From an uncultured Rivularia sp. (lineage in GTDB: Bacteria; Cyanobacteriota; Cyanobacteriia; Cyanobacteriales; Nostocaceae): a stretch of 64,000 nt of DNA. The notes beneath the pieces are model-generated. The model made no database searches. It worked only from the letters and a program-made list of their open reading frames with translations, and was not told the DNA's origin. Positions 1 through 11,357 of the stretch are shown one piece after another (the stretch's first letter is position 1; the number at the start of each line of letters is the position of its first letter). The stretch is taken from contig OY762007.1 in the NCBI GenBank assembly GCA_963665115.1, positions 7,008,001 through 7,072,000 of the forward strand. The letters are read 5' to 3'. The position numbers were made by a program, and so were the translations under genes.

Positions 1-1736
1 TGGTGAAACAATGATGGAAATTAGCATTCCTGGCAATCGTGGAATTGTTGGTTATGTTGCATCCACAGGGGAAGCTTTAAATATTTCCGATGCTTACAAA
101 GATCCTCGTTTCGATCCCACAACAGATAGAAAGACGGGTTATTTTACCCGGAATATTTTATGTTTGCCGGTTTTTAATTCAGCTAATGAATTAATCGGCG
201 TTACGCAGTTAATTAATAAGCAAAAAGGAAGTTTTACGTCATCAGATGAAGAATTTATGCGGGCTTTTAACATACAAGCAGGAATTGCTTTAGAAAATGC
301 CCGTTTATTTGAAAGTGTATTATTGGAAAAACAATATCAAAAAGATATTCTACAGAGTTTATCAGATGCTGTAATCTCTACAGATATGGAAGGTCGAATA
401 GTCACCATTAACGATGCAGCATTAGAACTTTTAGGTTGTCCGCTGAGTGGAGATGCAAGTACCAGAGACAACAAAATTCTTTGGGAAAAAAACTTAATTA
501 GTCGGTCATTATGGGAAGTTGTACCAATTGAAAACTTACAGTTTCGATTAGAAGATAGTTTGAAAACTGGGGCAAGACATTACGTCCCCGAACAAAGTTT
601 GATGGTAGGACTGTATTATATGCCAGGGGAATCGGAAGAATCGGAAGAATATATACTGGCATTACCAAGTTTGACTAATCCAGAACTTTTTATTCCTTGG
701 AATCAAACCTTGACTCCCCAATCTCAGTTCGTACATTCTTCTCAAGTCGAACCAATCGAAAGAAGTACTAATCTTACCGTTAATCCCTTAACTAATCCAG
801 AAGGTGGCGTGCGTGGTGGGACTGGTGGTACTAGAAGACATTAGTCAAGAAAAGCGCCTTAAAACTACTATGTACCGTTATTTAACTCCTCACGTAGCCG
901 AGCAGGTTATGGCGTTAGGAGAAGACGGGTTGATGGTAGGAGAACGCAAAGACGTTACCATCTTATTTTCTGATATTCGAGGCTACACAACACTTACGGA
1001 AAACCTTGGGGCAGCTGAAGTAGTATCGCTGCTGAATCAATATTTTGAAACGATGGTGGAATCCGTTTTTAACTACGAAGGTACTTTAGATAAGTTTATT
1101 GGCGATGCTTTGATGGCAGTATTCGGTGCGCCCTTACCTTTAACGGAAAATCATGCTTGGCGAGCAGTACAGGCTGCGTTAGATATGCGACATCGGCTCA
1201 AGGAATTTAACGAACGGCGAATTGTTCAAGAACAGCCACAAATCAAAATTGGTGTTGGCATTAGTTCCGGCGAAGTAGTTTCGGGAAACATCGGTTCCCG
1301 CAAGCGAATGGACTACACCGTAATTGGAGATGGAGTGAATCTAAGCTCGCGTTTGGAAGGGACTACCAAACAGTATGGTTGCGATATTGTGCTAAGTGAA
1401 TTTACGTATCAGCTATGTAGCGACCGCATTATTGCCCGCGAACTCGACAAGATTCGAGTTAAAGGTAAACATCAAGCAGTAAAAATCTACGAATTGATTG
1501 GCGATCGCACTACTTGTTTGGATGCGAATACTCAAGAATTCTTATCCCATTATCATGCAGGACGTGCTGCTTACTCATCCCGCAATTTTCCCCAAGCGTT
1601 GATTTGTTTTGAAGCTGCAAAAAAAATTCGGGCTACAGATATAGCCGTTAATATTCACATCGCGCGCTGTAACAAATATTTAAGACAGCCTCCCGAGGAA
1701 TCTTGGAGTGGAGTTTGGACAATGGTTGATAAGTGA
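1..1736 (+). CDS. GAF-PAS class III adenylate cyclase (CyaB1-like), 5' end outside window, one apparent +1 frameshift at 818-820
   Basis: GAF motif (YKDPRFDPTTDRKTGY...LINK), PAS segment, then catalytic motifs LFSDIRGYT, DKFIGDALMAVFG and TVIGDGVNLSSRLE. Removing one G from GGG at 818-820 joins ORFs 11..844 and 804..1736 (GGVRGGLVVLED). Confidence 0.9.
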
Positions 1737-1844
1737 TCGGTTAACAGTTAACAGTTATCAATTATGGCTTATTAATTACACTTAGTTCAAGTGTTTGAGT
1801 AATTCTGGAATTTGTCTAAAGTTAGAATTTCGTTTTGATTAATT

Positions 1845-2099
1845 TTAAGTGTTCCCTGTATCTTCCTCTGAGGAGTCTTGACCGATATGAAGTTGTTTTT
1901 TTGATTGCTTTAGTTCTTTCCATAAAGCTTTTATTTGCTCGTAAGCATCTACAGGAGGTACTTTCCCTGAAGTTTCTAAGTTACAGATTAAACTTACCCT
2001 TTGAGCAAATTCTTGTAAATTAGCATTAAATACTAAGTTTTCTGGCTTTACTTGACCGTAATAACGACTGCGAGGGTAAAGAAAATCTTCTTTATCCAT
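1845..2099 (-). CDS. conserved small cyanobacterial hypothetical protein
   Basis: 84-aa ORF with the FLYPRSRYYG...NLVFNANLQEFAQRV motif; GGAG Shine-Dalgarno-like sequence upstream. Confidence 0.8.
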   Translation of the reverse strand: MDKEDFLYPRSRYYGQVKPENLVFNANLQEFAQRVSLICNLETSGKVPPVDAYEQIKALWKELKQSKKQLHIGQDSSEEDTGNT

Positions 2100-2212
2100 T
2101 TTTTTTCGTCTCCAGATATTAAAACTGTTCCTCTCAAGTTTAAATCAAAGACCGCAAGTTAACCCGATCTCAGCTTTGCTTTTACTTATATAATTTACGC
2201 GAAAAACGAATA

Positions 2213-2312
2213 TAGGACTTACGCACTAAAATATTTAAAATTGCTATAATTCCCCATTCCCTTTTCCCTATAGCCCAAAACCTTGATGTTTGGTTTCACT
2301 GCGTAAGTCCTA
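2213..2312. mobile_element. 100-bp MITE-like element
   Basis: Perfect 13-bp terminal inverted repeats TAGGACTTACGCA (2213-2225) and TGCGTAAGTCCTA (2300-2312); non-coding interior. Confidence 0.7.
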
Positions 2313-2517
2313 AGATAATGTCCGCTGTTCGGCTCTTACTACGAAAAATAATTTGGGTGAAGATACATTGAGGCGAGTATCAAAAAATCATAAATATAGC
2401 CTCAGTATTATTTCGTTAATATCACTAATGCTTATTAATGAATAAGTAAAGATAAAATGGTTAAGCCATATTCTTGGCATCAGTTCCCTTTCGCACTAAA
2501 TAATCAATCTTTTTGCC

Positions 2518-3255
2518 ATGTCTGTTAACTCCAAGTTATACGAAGGAAAAGCCAAGATTCTTTATCAGACAGATGTACCAGAAATCTTACTGGCTGATTT
2601 CAAAGATGATGCGACTGCCTTTAATGCCCAAAAACGAGGCAGCATAAGTAACAAAGGGACAATGAACTGTAGTATTTCTAGCAAATTGTTTCAACAGCTA
2701 GAACAAAACGGTATTAATACTCATTATTTGGATAACCCGAACTCAAACCAAATGCGGGTTAAAGCTGTAAAAATTATTCCCTTGGAAGTAGTTGTGCGGA
2801 ATATAGCCGCTGGAAGCCTTTGCAAGCAAACAGGTTTGGAGTTGGGAACCGTATTAAACAAGCCTTTAGTAGAGTTTTATTACAAAAATGACGAATTAGG
2901 CGATCCATTGTTAACTAAAGAACGTCTACTATTATTAGAACTCGCTAGCCAGGAACAAGTTGAGGAAATTATTCATCTAGCATTGCGAATCAATGATTTT
3001 CTCAAAGGCTTTTTTGGCAAATGTGGCATCACTTTAGTGGACTTCAAGTTAGAGTTTGGTGTGGACTCCCAACAAAAACTACTTCTAGCAGATGAAATTA
3101 GCCCCGATACTTGTCGTTTATGGGACAACTCTAGCAATGACCCCAAAGGCAGGGTTTTAGACAAAGATCGCTTTCGACAAGATTTAGGGAATGTGGAAAA
3201 TGCTTACCAAGAAGTTTTAGAAAGAGTGTTAAAAACAGTAGAAGCAAATGTCTAG
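2518..3255 (+). CDS. purC: phosphoribosylaminoimidazole-succinocarboxamide synthase
   Basis: LYEGKAK, IPLEVVVRNIAAGS, LVDFKLEFG, LADEISPDTCRLWD and LDKDRFR motifs. Confidence 0.97.
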   Translation: MSVNSKLYEGKAKILYQTDVPEILLADFKDDATAFNAQKRGSISNKGTMNCSISSKLFQQLEQNGINTHYLDNPNSNQMRVKAVKIIPLEVVVRNIAAGSLCKQTGLELGTVLNKPLVEFYYKNDELGDPLLTKERLLLLELASQEQVEEIIHLALRINDFLKGFFGKCGITLVDFKLEFGVDSQQKLLLADEISPDTCRLWDNSSNDPKGRVLDKDRFRQDLGNVENAYQEVLERVLKTVEANV

Positions 3256-3376
3256 TTAACTAGATTTTGTTTGATGTCATGAGTTATGACTGTTCTTGAC
3301 AAATAACTATTGACTGATGACAAATGATTATCATGTTGAACGATGGTGTGTGGAAGTGAATAGGAATCTAAATAAA

Positions 3377-5689
3377 ATGCGCTTATCTCCCTTTTTAGTG
3401 GCGGTGATGGCTTTTGCAACGACCTTGGGAGTTTCGCCAAGTGCAAATGCACAAACTGTCAATACCTCTAAAGACTTACAAAATATCAAAGCAGCGAGCA
3501 TCGATGGAAAAGATGAATCCGTCGGAGTATCGCGGAAATCTTCAGATGCACAAAAGTTGCAAGTAGTTATACCAACTTCTAAATCGACAACTGCACAAAA
3601 TACTCCCCAAATTCCCCCACCAAATAATTTACCCGAGGATAGCGAAGAACCAGCACCAGAACTAACTCCTGCTGATGTTCCCTCCACTCAGCCGCAAATT
3701 CCTCCAACCGAAAATAACCAAGCCCCAGTACAGCCAAGAATAAATCCTTTAGAACAGCAGCAGCAACCGCAGCAACCGCAGCAACCGCAACAATTTCAGG
3801 CTCCAGGAACGCAACAACAGCAACAGCCAACAGCAGATGAAACCCGCGTATTAGTATCGGAAGTGTTGGTAAGGGCGGAAAGCGGACAATTAACACGAGA
3901 ATTGCAAGAACAAGTTTATCGAGTTATTCGCACTCAACCCGGACGCACTACAACCCGTTCGCAATTACAAGAAGATATTAACGCTATTTTTGGAACTGGT
4001 TTTTTCTCTAACGTTCAAGTAGCACCCGAAGATACACCATTGGGAGTCCGGGTAAGCTTTGTAGTTCAACCCAACCCGGTTCTGCAAAAAGTACAAATAG
4101 ATGCGAATCCCGGCGCTAACGTTCCCTCCGTACTACCGGAAAAAGAAGTTAATGAAATATTTAGCAAGCAGTACGGTCAAATTCTCAACTTGCGGGAGTT
4201 GCAAGAAGGCATCAAACAGCTAGTTAAAAAGTATCAAGACCAAGGTTACGTACTGGCTAACGTCATTGGAGCGCCTCAAGTATCTCCCGACGGAGTAGTT
4301 ACTCTACAAGTCGCTGAAGGTTTGGTCGAAGACATTCGAGTTCAATTTCGTAGCAAAGATGGTGAAGCTACTAACGAAGACGGGGAACCCGTAAAAGGAA
4401 GAACCCGACCATATATTGTTGAGCGAGAATTGCAACTCAAACCGGGACAAGTATTTAACCGCAATTTGGTACAAAGAGACTTGCAGCGGGTCTTTGGATT
4501 GGGTTTATTTGAAGATGTCAACGTTGCCCTCGATCCCGGTGAAGACCCCAGTAAAGTAGATGTAATCGTAAACGTAGTAGAACGGAACAGCGGTTCTATC
4601 GCCGCAGGTGCCGGTGTTAGTTCTGCTAGCGGACTATTTGGTACTATTAGCTACCAAGAGCAAAACCTCAACGGTAGAAACCAAGACTTAGGAGCAGAAC
4701 TACAGGTAGGAGCGCGGGAATTGTTGTTCGATGTCCGCTTTACAGACCCCTGGATAGCAGGCGACCCTTTCCGTACTTCTTATACAGTAAACGCTTTCCG
4801 TCGTCGGTCAATTTCGTTGATTTTTGACGGAGACGATGAAGAAATTGAGACATTCGATTTAGACGACCCCAGTGGCAATGACGACGCACGCGATCGCCCT
4901 CGTGTTGTCCGTACTGGTGGTGGCGTAAACTTTACTCGTCCTCTAAATAAAAATCCTTATAAAAAATCGGAATGGGTAGCTTCTGCTGGTTTACAGTATC
5001 AAAGAGTTAACATCACCGATGGAGACGGGGATACAAGAGAAAGAGGTGCTATTTTTGATGGTGACAACATAGATTCGCGGCAAATTGAACTTAGCGCTTC
5101 TGGAGACGGTAGAGATGATTTGTTTCTCCTCAAACTTGGAGCATCTCGCGATAAGCGAAACAACCCATTGCAACCAACTAAAGGTTCCTTTTTACGTCTT
5201 GGTGTAGATCAGTCGGTACCTATCGGACAAGGTACTATTGCCATGACAAAGTTGCGTGGTAGCTACAGTCAATACATACCTGTAGACTTAACCAATTTTA
5301 CTAAAGGAGCCGAAACCCTAGCTTTTAACGTTCAAGCAGGAACAGTTTTAGGTGACTTACCTCCTTATGAAGCTTTTTCATTAGGTGGTAGTAACTCAGT
5401 CCGTGGTTATGACGAAGGTGCATTAAGCAGCGGACGTAGTTATGTAGAAGCATCTGTTGAGTATCGCTTCCCACTATTCTCAGTACTTAGCGGTGCATTA
5501 TTCGTTGACGTTGGTAGTGACTTAGGAACCACAACCGAACCAGCAGAAGTACTTAATAAAAACGGTACTGGAGTCGGTTACGGTCTTGGCGTAAGGGTAC
5601 AGTCACCACTCGGCCCAATTCGGATTGACTACGGACTCAACGATGATGGAGACAGCCGAATTAACTTTGGTATTGGGGAAAGGTTTTAA
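3377..5689 (+). CDS. bamA: Omp85/BamA family outer membrane protein with Pro/Gln-rich N-terminus and POTRA domains
   Basis: Signal peptide from ATG 3377; POTRA-like repeats; GGSNSVRGY, YGLGVRVQSPLGPIRIDYG and C-terminal FGIGERF; lies upstream of the lpx genes. Confidence 0.93.
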   Translation: MRLSPFLVAVMAFATTLGVSPSANAQTVNTSKDLQNIKAASIDGKDESVGVSRKSSDAQKLQVVIPTSKSTTAQNTPQIPPPNNLPEDSEEPAPELTPADVPSTQPQIPPTENNQAPVQPRINPLEQQQQPQQPQQPQQFQAPGTQQQQQPTADETRVLVSEVLVRAESGQLTRELQEQVYRVIRTQPGRTTTRSQLQEDINAIFGTGFFSNVQVAPEDTPLGVRVSFVVQPNPVLQKVQIDANPGANVPSVLPEKEVNEIFSKQYGQILNLRELQEGIKQLVKKYQDQGYVLANVIGAPQVSPDGVVTLQVAEGLVEDIRVQFRSKDGEATNEDGEPVKGRTRPYIVERELQLKPGQVFNRNLVQRDLQRVFGLGLFEDVNVALDPGEDPSKVDVIVNVVERNSGSIAAGAGVSSASGLFGTISYQEQNLNGRNQDLGAELQVGARELLFDVRFTDPWIAGDPFRTSYTVNAFRRRSISLIFDGDDEEIETFDLDDPSGNDDARDRPRVVRTGGGVNFTRPLNKNPYKKSEWVASAGLQYQRVNITDGDGDTRERGAIFDGDNIDSRQIELSASGDGRDDLFLLKLGASRDKRNNPLQPTKGSFLRLGVDQSVPIGQGTIAMTKLRGSYSQYIPVDLTNFTKGAETLAFNVQAGTVLGDLPPYEAFSLGGSNSVRGYDEGALSSGRSYVEASVEYRFPLFSVLSGALFVDVGSDLGTTTEPAEVLNKNGTGVGYGLGVRVQSPLGPIRIDYGLNDDGDSRINFGIGERF

Positions 5690-5870
5690 GAGTAGGGAGT
5701 AGGGAGTAGGGAGTAGGGAGTAGGGAGTAGGGAGTAGGGAGTAGGAAGTTAGGAGTAGGGAGTAGGGAGTAGGAAGTTAGGAGTAGGGAGTAGGGAGTAG
5801 GAAGTTAGGAGTAGGGAGTAGGGAGTAGGGAGTAGGAAGTAGGAAGTAGGGAGTTAGGAGTAGGGAGTGG
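5690..5870 (+). repeat. heptameric tandem repeat (GGGAGTA-type STRR), about 25 degenerate copies
   Basis: Visible gagtagg/gagtaggaa array starting immediately after the omp85 stop codon. Confidence 0.95.
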
Positions 5871-5932
5871 CAAGTAACAAGTAGTGAAGAACGTTTTGTT
5901 TTCTCCCACTTTCCTCAATCCTCCTATCTCAC

Positions 5933-5970
5933 AATTCCCAATTCCCAATTCCCAATGCCCAATTTCCCAT
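5933..5970 (+). repeat. STRR1-like (CCCAATT)n array
   Basis: attccca attccca attccca atgccca atttccc. Confidence 0.85.
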
Positions 5971-6138
5971 TATTCTGTTTTCCGTTTATCTTGCCAATTT
6001 TTACTTTTACTTCAATACTATTACCTAAAGCATCGCTTCTGAGAATCTGAGATGTTGTTGTTCGTATGACTACTTTTTATACATAATTAATACAATATTT
6101 TTCGATATTTATACTCTAAGTATATAAAAGGGTGCCTT

Positions 6139-6990
6139 ATGCAACAGCGTACAATAGCCTCCTCAATCAATCAAACAGGAACTGGGTTACACAGTGGGAT
6201 AATTACTAACGTCAGCATAGTACCAGCAAGACCGGGAAGCGGACGCTATTTTGTGCGTGTAGATTTGCCTGATGCTCCGACTATTCCAGCGTCGATCGGA
6301 ATGGTCAGTCAGACGGTTCTCTCGACTCAATTAAAGCACGGTGAAGCCAGCGTTCGTACTGTGGAGCATTTGTTGGCTTCTTTGGCTGGTATGGGGGTAG
6401 ATAATGCCCGTATTGAAATTGATGGCCCGGAAGTACCGCTTTTAGATGGTTCGGCACGAATATGGGCGGAGAATATACGATTAGTCGGTACGGTAGAGCA
6501 AGATTCTGCTGTTTCTGAAAACGCTTTATGTTTGGAAGAACCTATTTGGGTACGTGACGAAGATGCTTTTGTTAGTGCTATACCAGCACCACAAACTCGT
6601 TTTAGCTACGGAATTGATTTTGACTTACCGGCTATTGGTAATCAATGGCACAGTTGGGAGTCTACCGTTGAGCTGCAAAACTCCTATGATAGCTTCGTTA
6701 CAGAAATCGCTCCAGCCCGGACATTTGGTTTAATGCATCAAATAGAACATTTAAAAACATCCGGATTAATTAAAGGTGGAAGCCTAGAAAATGCCCTTGT
6801 ATGTGGCCCAGATGGCTGGGTTAATCCACCACTACGATTTCCAAATGAACCTGTACGTCATAAAATCTTGGATTTAGTAGGAGATTTAAGTTTATTAGGA
6901 ATTTTCCCCCGCGCTCACTTCTTAGCTTACAAAGCCAGCCACAATTTACATATTCAACTGGCAAAAAGAATCTTAGAATTGAGAGTTTAG
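6139..6990 (+). CDS. lpxC: UDP-3-O-acyl-N-acetylglucosamine deacetylase
   Basis: [30 protein letters not shown] and [14 protein letters not shown] motifs. Confidence 0.97.
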   Translation: MQQRTIASSINQTGTGLHSGIITNVSIVPARPGSGRYFVRVDLPDAPTIPASIGMVSQTVLSTQLKHGEASVRTVEHLLASLAGMGVDNARIEIDGPEVPLLDGSARIWAENIRLVGTVEQDSAVSENALCLEEPIWVRDEDAFVSAIPAPQTRFSYGIDFDLPAIGNQWHSWESTVELQNSYDSFVTEIAPARTFGLMHQIEHLKTSGLIKGGSLENALVCGPDGWVNPPLRFPNEPVRHKILDLVGDLSLLGIFPRAHFLAYKASHNLHIQLAKRILELRV

Positions 6991-7100
6991 ATTTTTAGAT
7001 TGGAAAACTAGTCTAAAATCCCTACATCGCTGAGGAATGTTCTTTTGTAGTAATCGTCTACTCTCAATACCTGTCGAAAAAATTCAACCCAATAAACCAA

Positions 7101-7628
7101 ATGTCAATTGTTACCGAAGTTAATACCAACAAAGCGAACGTGCCAGCATCTACTGAAGAGAAATCGGATGATAAGGCAACCACAACGGAGAGCAAAACAA
7201 TTTTTACGGTAGAAGAAATCCAGAAACTGCTACCGCATCGCTATCCTTTTGCATTGGTTGATAGAATTACCAACTATGTTCCCGGAAAGCAAGCCGTTGG
7301 CCTCAAAAATGTTACTTTTAACGAACCTCATTTCCAAGGGCATTTTCCCGGACAGCCTATTATGCCCGGCGTACTAATTGTTGAGGCGATGGCACAAGTC
7401 GGTGGTGTCGTAATGACTCAACTACCGGAGTATGAAGGCGGACTTTTTGTATTTGCTGGCATTGATAAAGTACGTTTTCACCGTCAAGTAGTTCCAGGAG
7501 ATCAACTCGTAATGACCTTGGAACTGTTGTGGGTTAAGCGTCGTCGTTTTGGTAAGATGCAAGGTCGCGCCGAAGTAGACGGTCAGCTCGCAGCCAAAGG
7601 CGAATTAATGTTTTCTCTTGTTAATTGA
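7101..7628 (+). CDS. fabZ: 3-hydroxyacyl-ACP dehydratase
   Basis: [13 protein letters not shown] and [22 protein letters not shown] motifs. Confidence 0.97.
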   Translation: MSIVTEVNTNKANVPASTEEKSDDKATTTESKTIFTVEEIQKLLPHRYPFALVDRITNYVPGKQAVGLKNVTFNEPHFQGHFPGQPIMPGVLIVEAMAQVGGVVMTQLPEYEGGLFVFAGIDKVRFHRQVVPGDQLVMTLELLWVKRRRFGKMQGRAEVDGQLAAKGELMFSLVN

Positions 7629-7643
7629 GAAATACGATTAGTG

Positions 7644-7674
7644 AGTAAAGGCACATATCAATAGTGCCTTTACT
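7644..7674. repeat. 11-bp stem hairpin between fabZ and lpxA (REP-like or RNA stability element)
   Basis: AGTAAAGGCAC-atatcaata-GTGCCTTTACT. Confidence 0.6.
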
Positions 7675-7824
7675 GAATTCTGATTTATTAGAATATCAGT
7701 AAAAAACAAGTCACTATAGTATAGTAAAAATTCCGAATTTTCGCTGCCCTTACAATAATTGTTGCTTTCGGCTACTTAATACTTAAATTACTCGTGCCGC
7801 GCAAACTGTTCTGGAGATGCACCC

Positions 7825-8620
7825 TTGAAGACACTTATTCACCCAACTGCCGTAATTAATCCTAAAGCGCAATTGCACCCAACCGTTAAAGTTGGTGCTT
7901 ATGCAACAATTGAGGGAGACGTAAAAGTCGGCCCGGAAACGATTATCGGTTCTCATGCAGTGCTTGAAGGGGCCTCTGGAAATAGGAGCGCGAAATCGGA
8001 TTTTTGCAGGTGCCGTTATTGGTTCGGAACCTCAAGATTTAAAGTTTGCTGGGGAACTTAGTAAGGTTAAGATTGGCGACGATAACAGTATTCGAGAATA
8101 CGTTACTATCAATCGCGCTACTGGTGCGGGTGAAGAAACTCGCATTGGTAACGGCAATTTATTAATGGCTTACGTGCATATAGGGCACAACTGCGTTCTG
8201 GAAGATTCTGTAGTAATTGCTAATTCAGTCGCGCTAGCAGGTCATGTATATATAGAGTCTCGTGCAAGACTAAGTGGTGTTTTAGGCGTTCATCAGTTCG
8301 TACATATTGGTGCGCGGGCAATGGTAGGAGGTATGGCACGCATCGATCGCGATGTACCACCATATATGTTGGTAGAAGGAAATCCCGCACGCATTCGTAC
8401 CCTTAACTTAATTGGACTCAAACGCGCCGGTTTTTCTACTGAAGAATTACAAATTCTCAAAAAAGCCTTCCGCATTCTCTACCGTTCCGATATAACATTC
8501 AAAGAAGCCATAGAGAAACTAGAATTCTTAGGCGATACAGAACATTTAAAACATTTACGTAGATTTTTATTACTATCTCAAATGCCCGGAAGACGTGGTT
8601 TAATTCCCGGTAGAGAGTGA
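7825..8620 (+). CDS. lpxA: acyl-ACP--UDP-N-acetylglucosamine O-acyltransferase, apparent +1 frameshift at 7969-7972
   Basis: IHPTAVI hexapeptide start, [16 protein letters not shown] and [10 protein letters not shown]. Deleting one G in GGGG restores VLEGPLEIG. Confidence 0.93.
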
Positions 8621-8818
8621 ATTGGGAATTGGGCATGGGGGATTGGGCATGCAAATATTTAAGAGTTAGGAGTTAGGAGTTAAGAGTTAAGAATTTAATA
8701 GATTTTGAGTTTAGTTTATTAGTTAAATATTGATAATTTCTACCCCCTCTTCCCCCTCTTCCCCCTCTCCCCCCTCTCTTCTATGCCCAATGCCCATTAC
8801 CGAATTTCCAAATTATAA

Positions 8819-9988
8819 ATGCGAATATTTATTAGTACTGGCGAAGTGTCAGGTGATTTACAAGGTTCACTTTTAATTACTGCGCTCAAAAATCAAGCCG
8901 CTTCATCTGGATTGGAATTAGAAATTGTGGCTTTGGGTGGCGAGAAGATGGCCGCTGCTGGCGCAACTTTGATCGGAAATACTACTTCTATTGGCTCCAT
9001 CGGACTTTTAGAATCTTTGCCTTTTGTACTGCCAACTTTAAAAATACAGCGGCAGGCGATCGCCTTTTTAAAAAAATATCCCCCAGATTTAGTGGTATTT
9101 ATCGACTATATGGGAGGGAATCTGCCGATGGGTAAATACATCCACCGTCATATGCCGCAGGTGCCAACGGTTTACTATATTGCACCTCAAGTTTGGGTTA
9201 CTTCTATTGGGGAAAAAGATACACAGCAAATCATAAAAATTAGCGATAAAATACTAGCTATATTTCCTGAAGAAGCTCGTTATTTTCAAAATAAAGGTGC
9301 TGATGCAACTTGGGTTGGACATCCTTTAATAGATAGAATGCAAAGTTTTCCCACGAGAGTTGCAGCGCGTGCAAAATTGGGAATTGCTGATGATGTTACT
9401 TGCGTCGCACTTGTACCAGCTTCCCGTTCCCAAGAAGTAAAGTATTTAGTGCCAGTCATATTTGAAGCAGCTAGGGAAATCCAAAATAAAATGCCACAAG
9501 TACATTTTTGGATTCCCTTGTCTATGGAAAGATATAAAGAAGAAATAGAAAAACAAATACAAAAGTATCAATTAAGAGCAACTGTTATATCCAGTCAACA
9601 GAAAGAAGTATTAGCTGCTGCGGATTTAGCAATTACCAAATCAGGTACCGTAAATTTAGAATTAGCATTATTAAATGTTCCACAGGTAGTTTTATATCGT
9701 TTACATCCTTTTACCTACTGGGTTGGGAGAAACATACTAAAAATTAAATTTTCCTATGCTTCCCCACCGAACTTATTAGTAATGAGGGAAATTTTACCCG
9801 AATTTATTCAAGAAACAGCCACATCCGAGAATATTGTGGAAGCAGCGATGGAATTTTTATTAAACGAACAGCGACAGCAGAAAATGAAAGCTGATTATCA
9901 AGATATGCAGCAGTTTGTAGGAGAAATTGGAGTTTGCGACAGAGCTGCGAAGGAGATTTTAAATTTGGGCATAGGGGATAGCGCATAG
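8819..9988 (+). CDS. lpxB: lipid-A-disaccharide synthase
   Basis: ISTGEVSGDLQG, YYIAPQVW, WVGHPL and KSGTVNLE motifs; operon context. Confidence 0.95.
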   Translation: MRIFISTGEVSGDLQGSLLITALKNQAASSGLELEIVALGGEKMAAAGATLIGNTTSIGSIGLLESLPFVLPTLKIQRQAIAFLKKYPPDLVVFIDYMGGNLPMGKYIHRHMPQVPTVYYIAPQVWVTSIGEKDTQQIIKISDKILAIFPEEARYFQNKGADATWVGHPLIDRMQSFPTRVAARAKLGIADDVTCVALVPASRSQEVKYLVPVIFEAAREIQNKMPQVHFWIPLSMERYKEEIEKQIQKYQLRATVISSQQKEVLAAADLAITKSGTVNLELALLNVPQVVLYRLHPFTYWVGRNILKIKFSYASPPNLLVMREILPEFIQETATSENIVEAAMEFLLNEQRQQKMKADYQDMQQFVGEIGVCDRAAKEILNLGIGDSA

Positions 9989-10091
9989 GGCATTGGAGAT
10001 AGTTAAGAATTAGGAGTTAGGAGTTGATTTGGAATTATTTTTCCTTGTTTCCCCATGCCCAATGACCAATGCCCAATGCCCCATTTCACCA

Positions 10092-11096
10092 TCATGTCCA
10101 AGCGCGGAAAAAATTGCCATCTTCCCAAATTCCAGCTACTTGCTTTTCGATTGCAACTAATTGTTTATTATCTAATTTCTGAAAACTTCTCGCTACATTT
10201 ACGTTTTCTTCTAATTGTTTGATATTCTCTGCGGCAACTATGCAGCAATGTACTCCTTGTTGAGATAAGCTGTAACCTAAAGCTTGCTGCATCCCGGATA
10301 ATCCACCGGGTTTGAATAAGCGTCCGTAAGCAGGTACTTTCATGGCAGTTACGCCGACGTTTTTCTCTCGCGCTACTGGTAAAACTACGGGAAGAAAAGG
10401 ACGAGGATGATATTTATCGGCTGCATTTACGGGAATTAAGGTGTGATCGAAAGGATAGCGACGCAACCCGTCGGCAATGATGTCAGGCTCGTGATGTCCG
10501 GTAATTCCTGCAAAACGGATGAGTTTTTGCTGCTTTGCTTCTTCTATAGCTTTGATTGCACCTGAATTAGAAAATATCGTATCAAGTTCTTCGGAGAAAG
10601 AAACATGATGCAATTGCCATAGATCGAGATAATCTACGTTTAATCGTTTTAAACTTTTCTCTAATTCTCTCCAAGCACCATCTCTATCTCTAGCGGCTGT
10701 TTTACTTGCTAAAAAGATTTTTTTTCGGTGGGGTGGAAGTACTTTCCCCAAATAATCTTCACTTGGGCCATAACTTGCAGCTGTATCAAAATAGGTGATG
10801 CCAAGTTGCAATGCTTTTTCAATTTGTGCTACGGCATCTCTTTCTGCTTCCTTCCGAGATAGTGGCGTTTGCCCCGCGCCACCCAAACCGAAGATAGGAA
10901 CTTTTACACCTGTTTTACCTAAAATTTGTTCTGGCATTTTTGCAGGTGGTGCAGCATTGCTAGAGGTGTTTTGCTTTTGTGCAATAGATACAGCATTGCT
11001 AGAGGTGTTTTGCTGTAAAGAGTTGCATCCGACAATACCGCCAGCAACAGCCGCACTGGTAATTAAGAAGTCACGCCGCGTGGTTTTATCTGACAT
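10092..11096 (-). CDS. aldo/keto reductase with Tat signal peptide
   Basis: TRRDFL twin-arginine motif; FDTAASYG, LASKT, SLKRLNVDYLDLWQLH and GITGH. Confidence 0.9.
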   Translation of the reverse strand: MSDKTTRRDFLITSAAVAGGIVGCNSLQQNTSSNAVSIAQKQNTSSNAAPPAKMPEQILGKTGVKVPIFGLGGAGQTPLSRKEAERDAVAQIEKALQLGITYFDTAASYGPSEDYLGKVLPPHRKKIFLASKTAARDRDGAWRELEKSLKRLNVDYLDLWQLHHVSFSEELDTIFSNSGAIKAIEEAKQQKLIRFAGITGHHEPDIIADGLRRYPFDHTLIPVNAADKYHPRPFLPVVLPVAREKNVGVTAMKVPAYGRLFKPGGLSGMQQALGYSLSQQGVHCCIVAAENIKQLEENVNVARSFQKLDNKQLVAIEKQVAGIWEDGNFFRAWT

Positions 11097-11357
11097 GATT
11101 GGGGGTGAAATTGCTTTGTTGATATTATTTTAGCGATAATAGCTAGATGGAATTATAAATAGCGGTTTTTCCGTACAAAAGTATATTAATTAAATAGTAG
11201 GAAAGAGGGAACAGGGAATGGGGAATAGGAAACAGAAGAAATATACGAAAAATAATGAATTAATTTAAAAATCCAAATTTAATTCATTTAAGATCAAAAA
11301 TACCCTTGGTATTTTATTTAAAAAAAAGATAATTCAAAACCTAAAATCTCAAATCGA

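Noticed and set aside
3755..3830. CAG/CAACCG microsatellite in omp85
   Set aside because: In-frame low-complexity sequence in the Pro/Gln-rich N-terminus typical of cyanobacterial Omp85.
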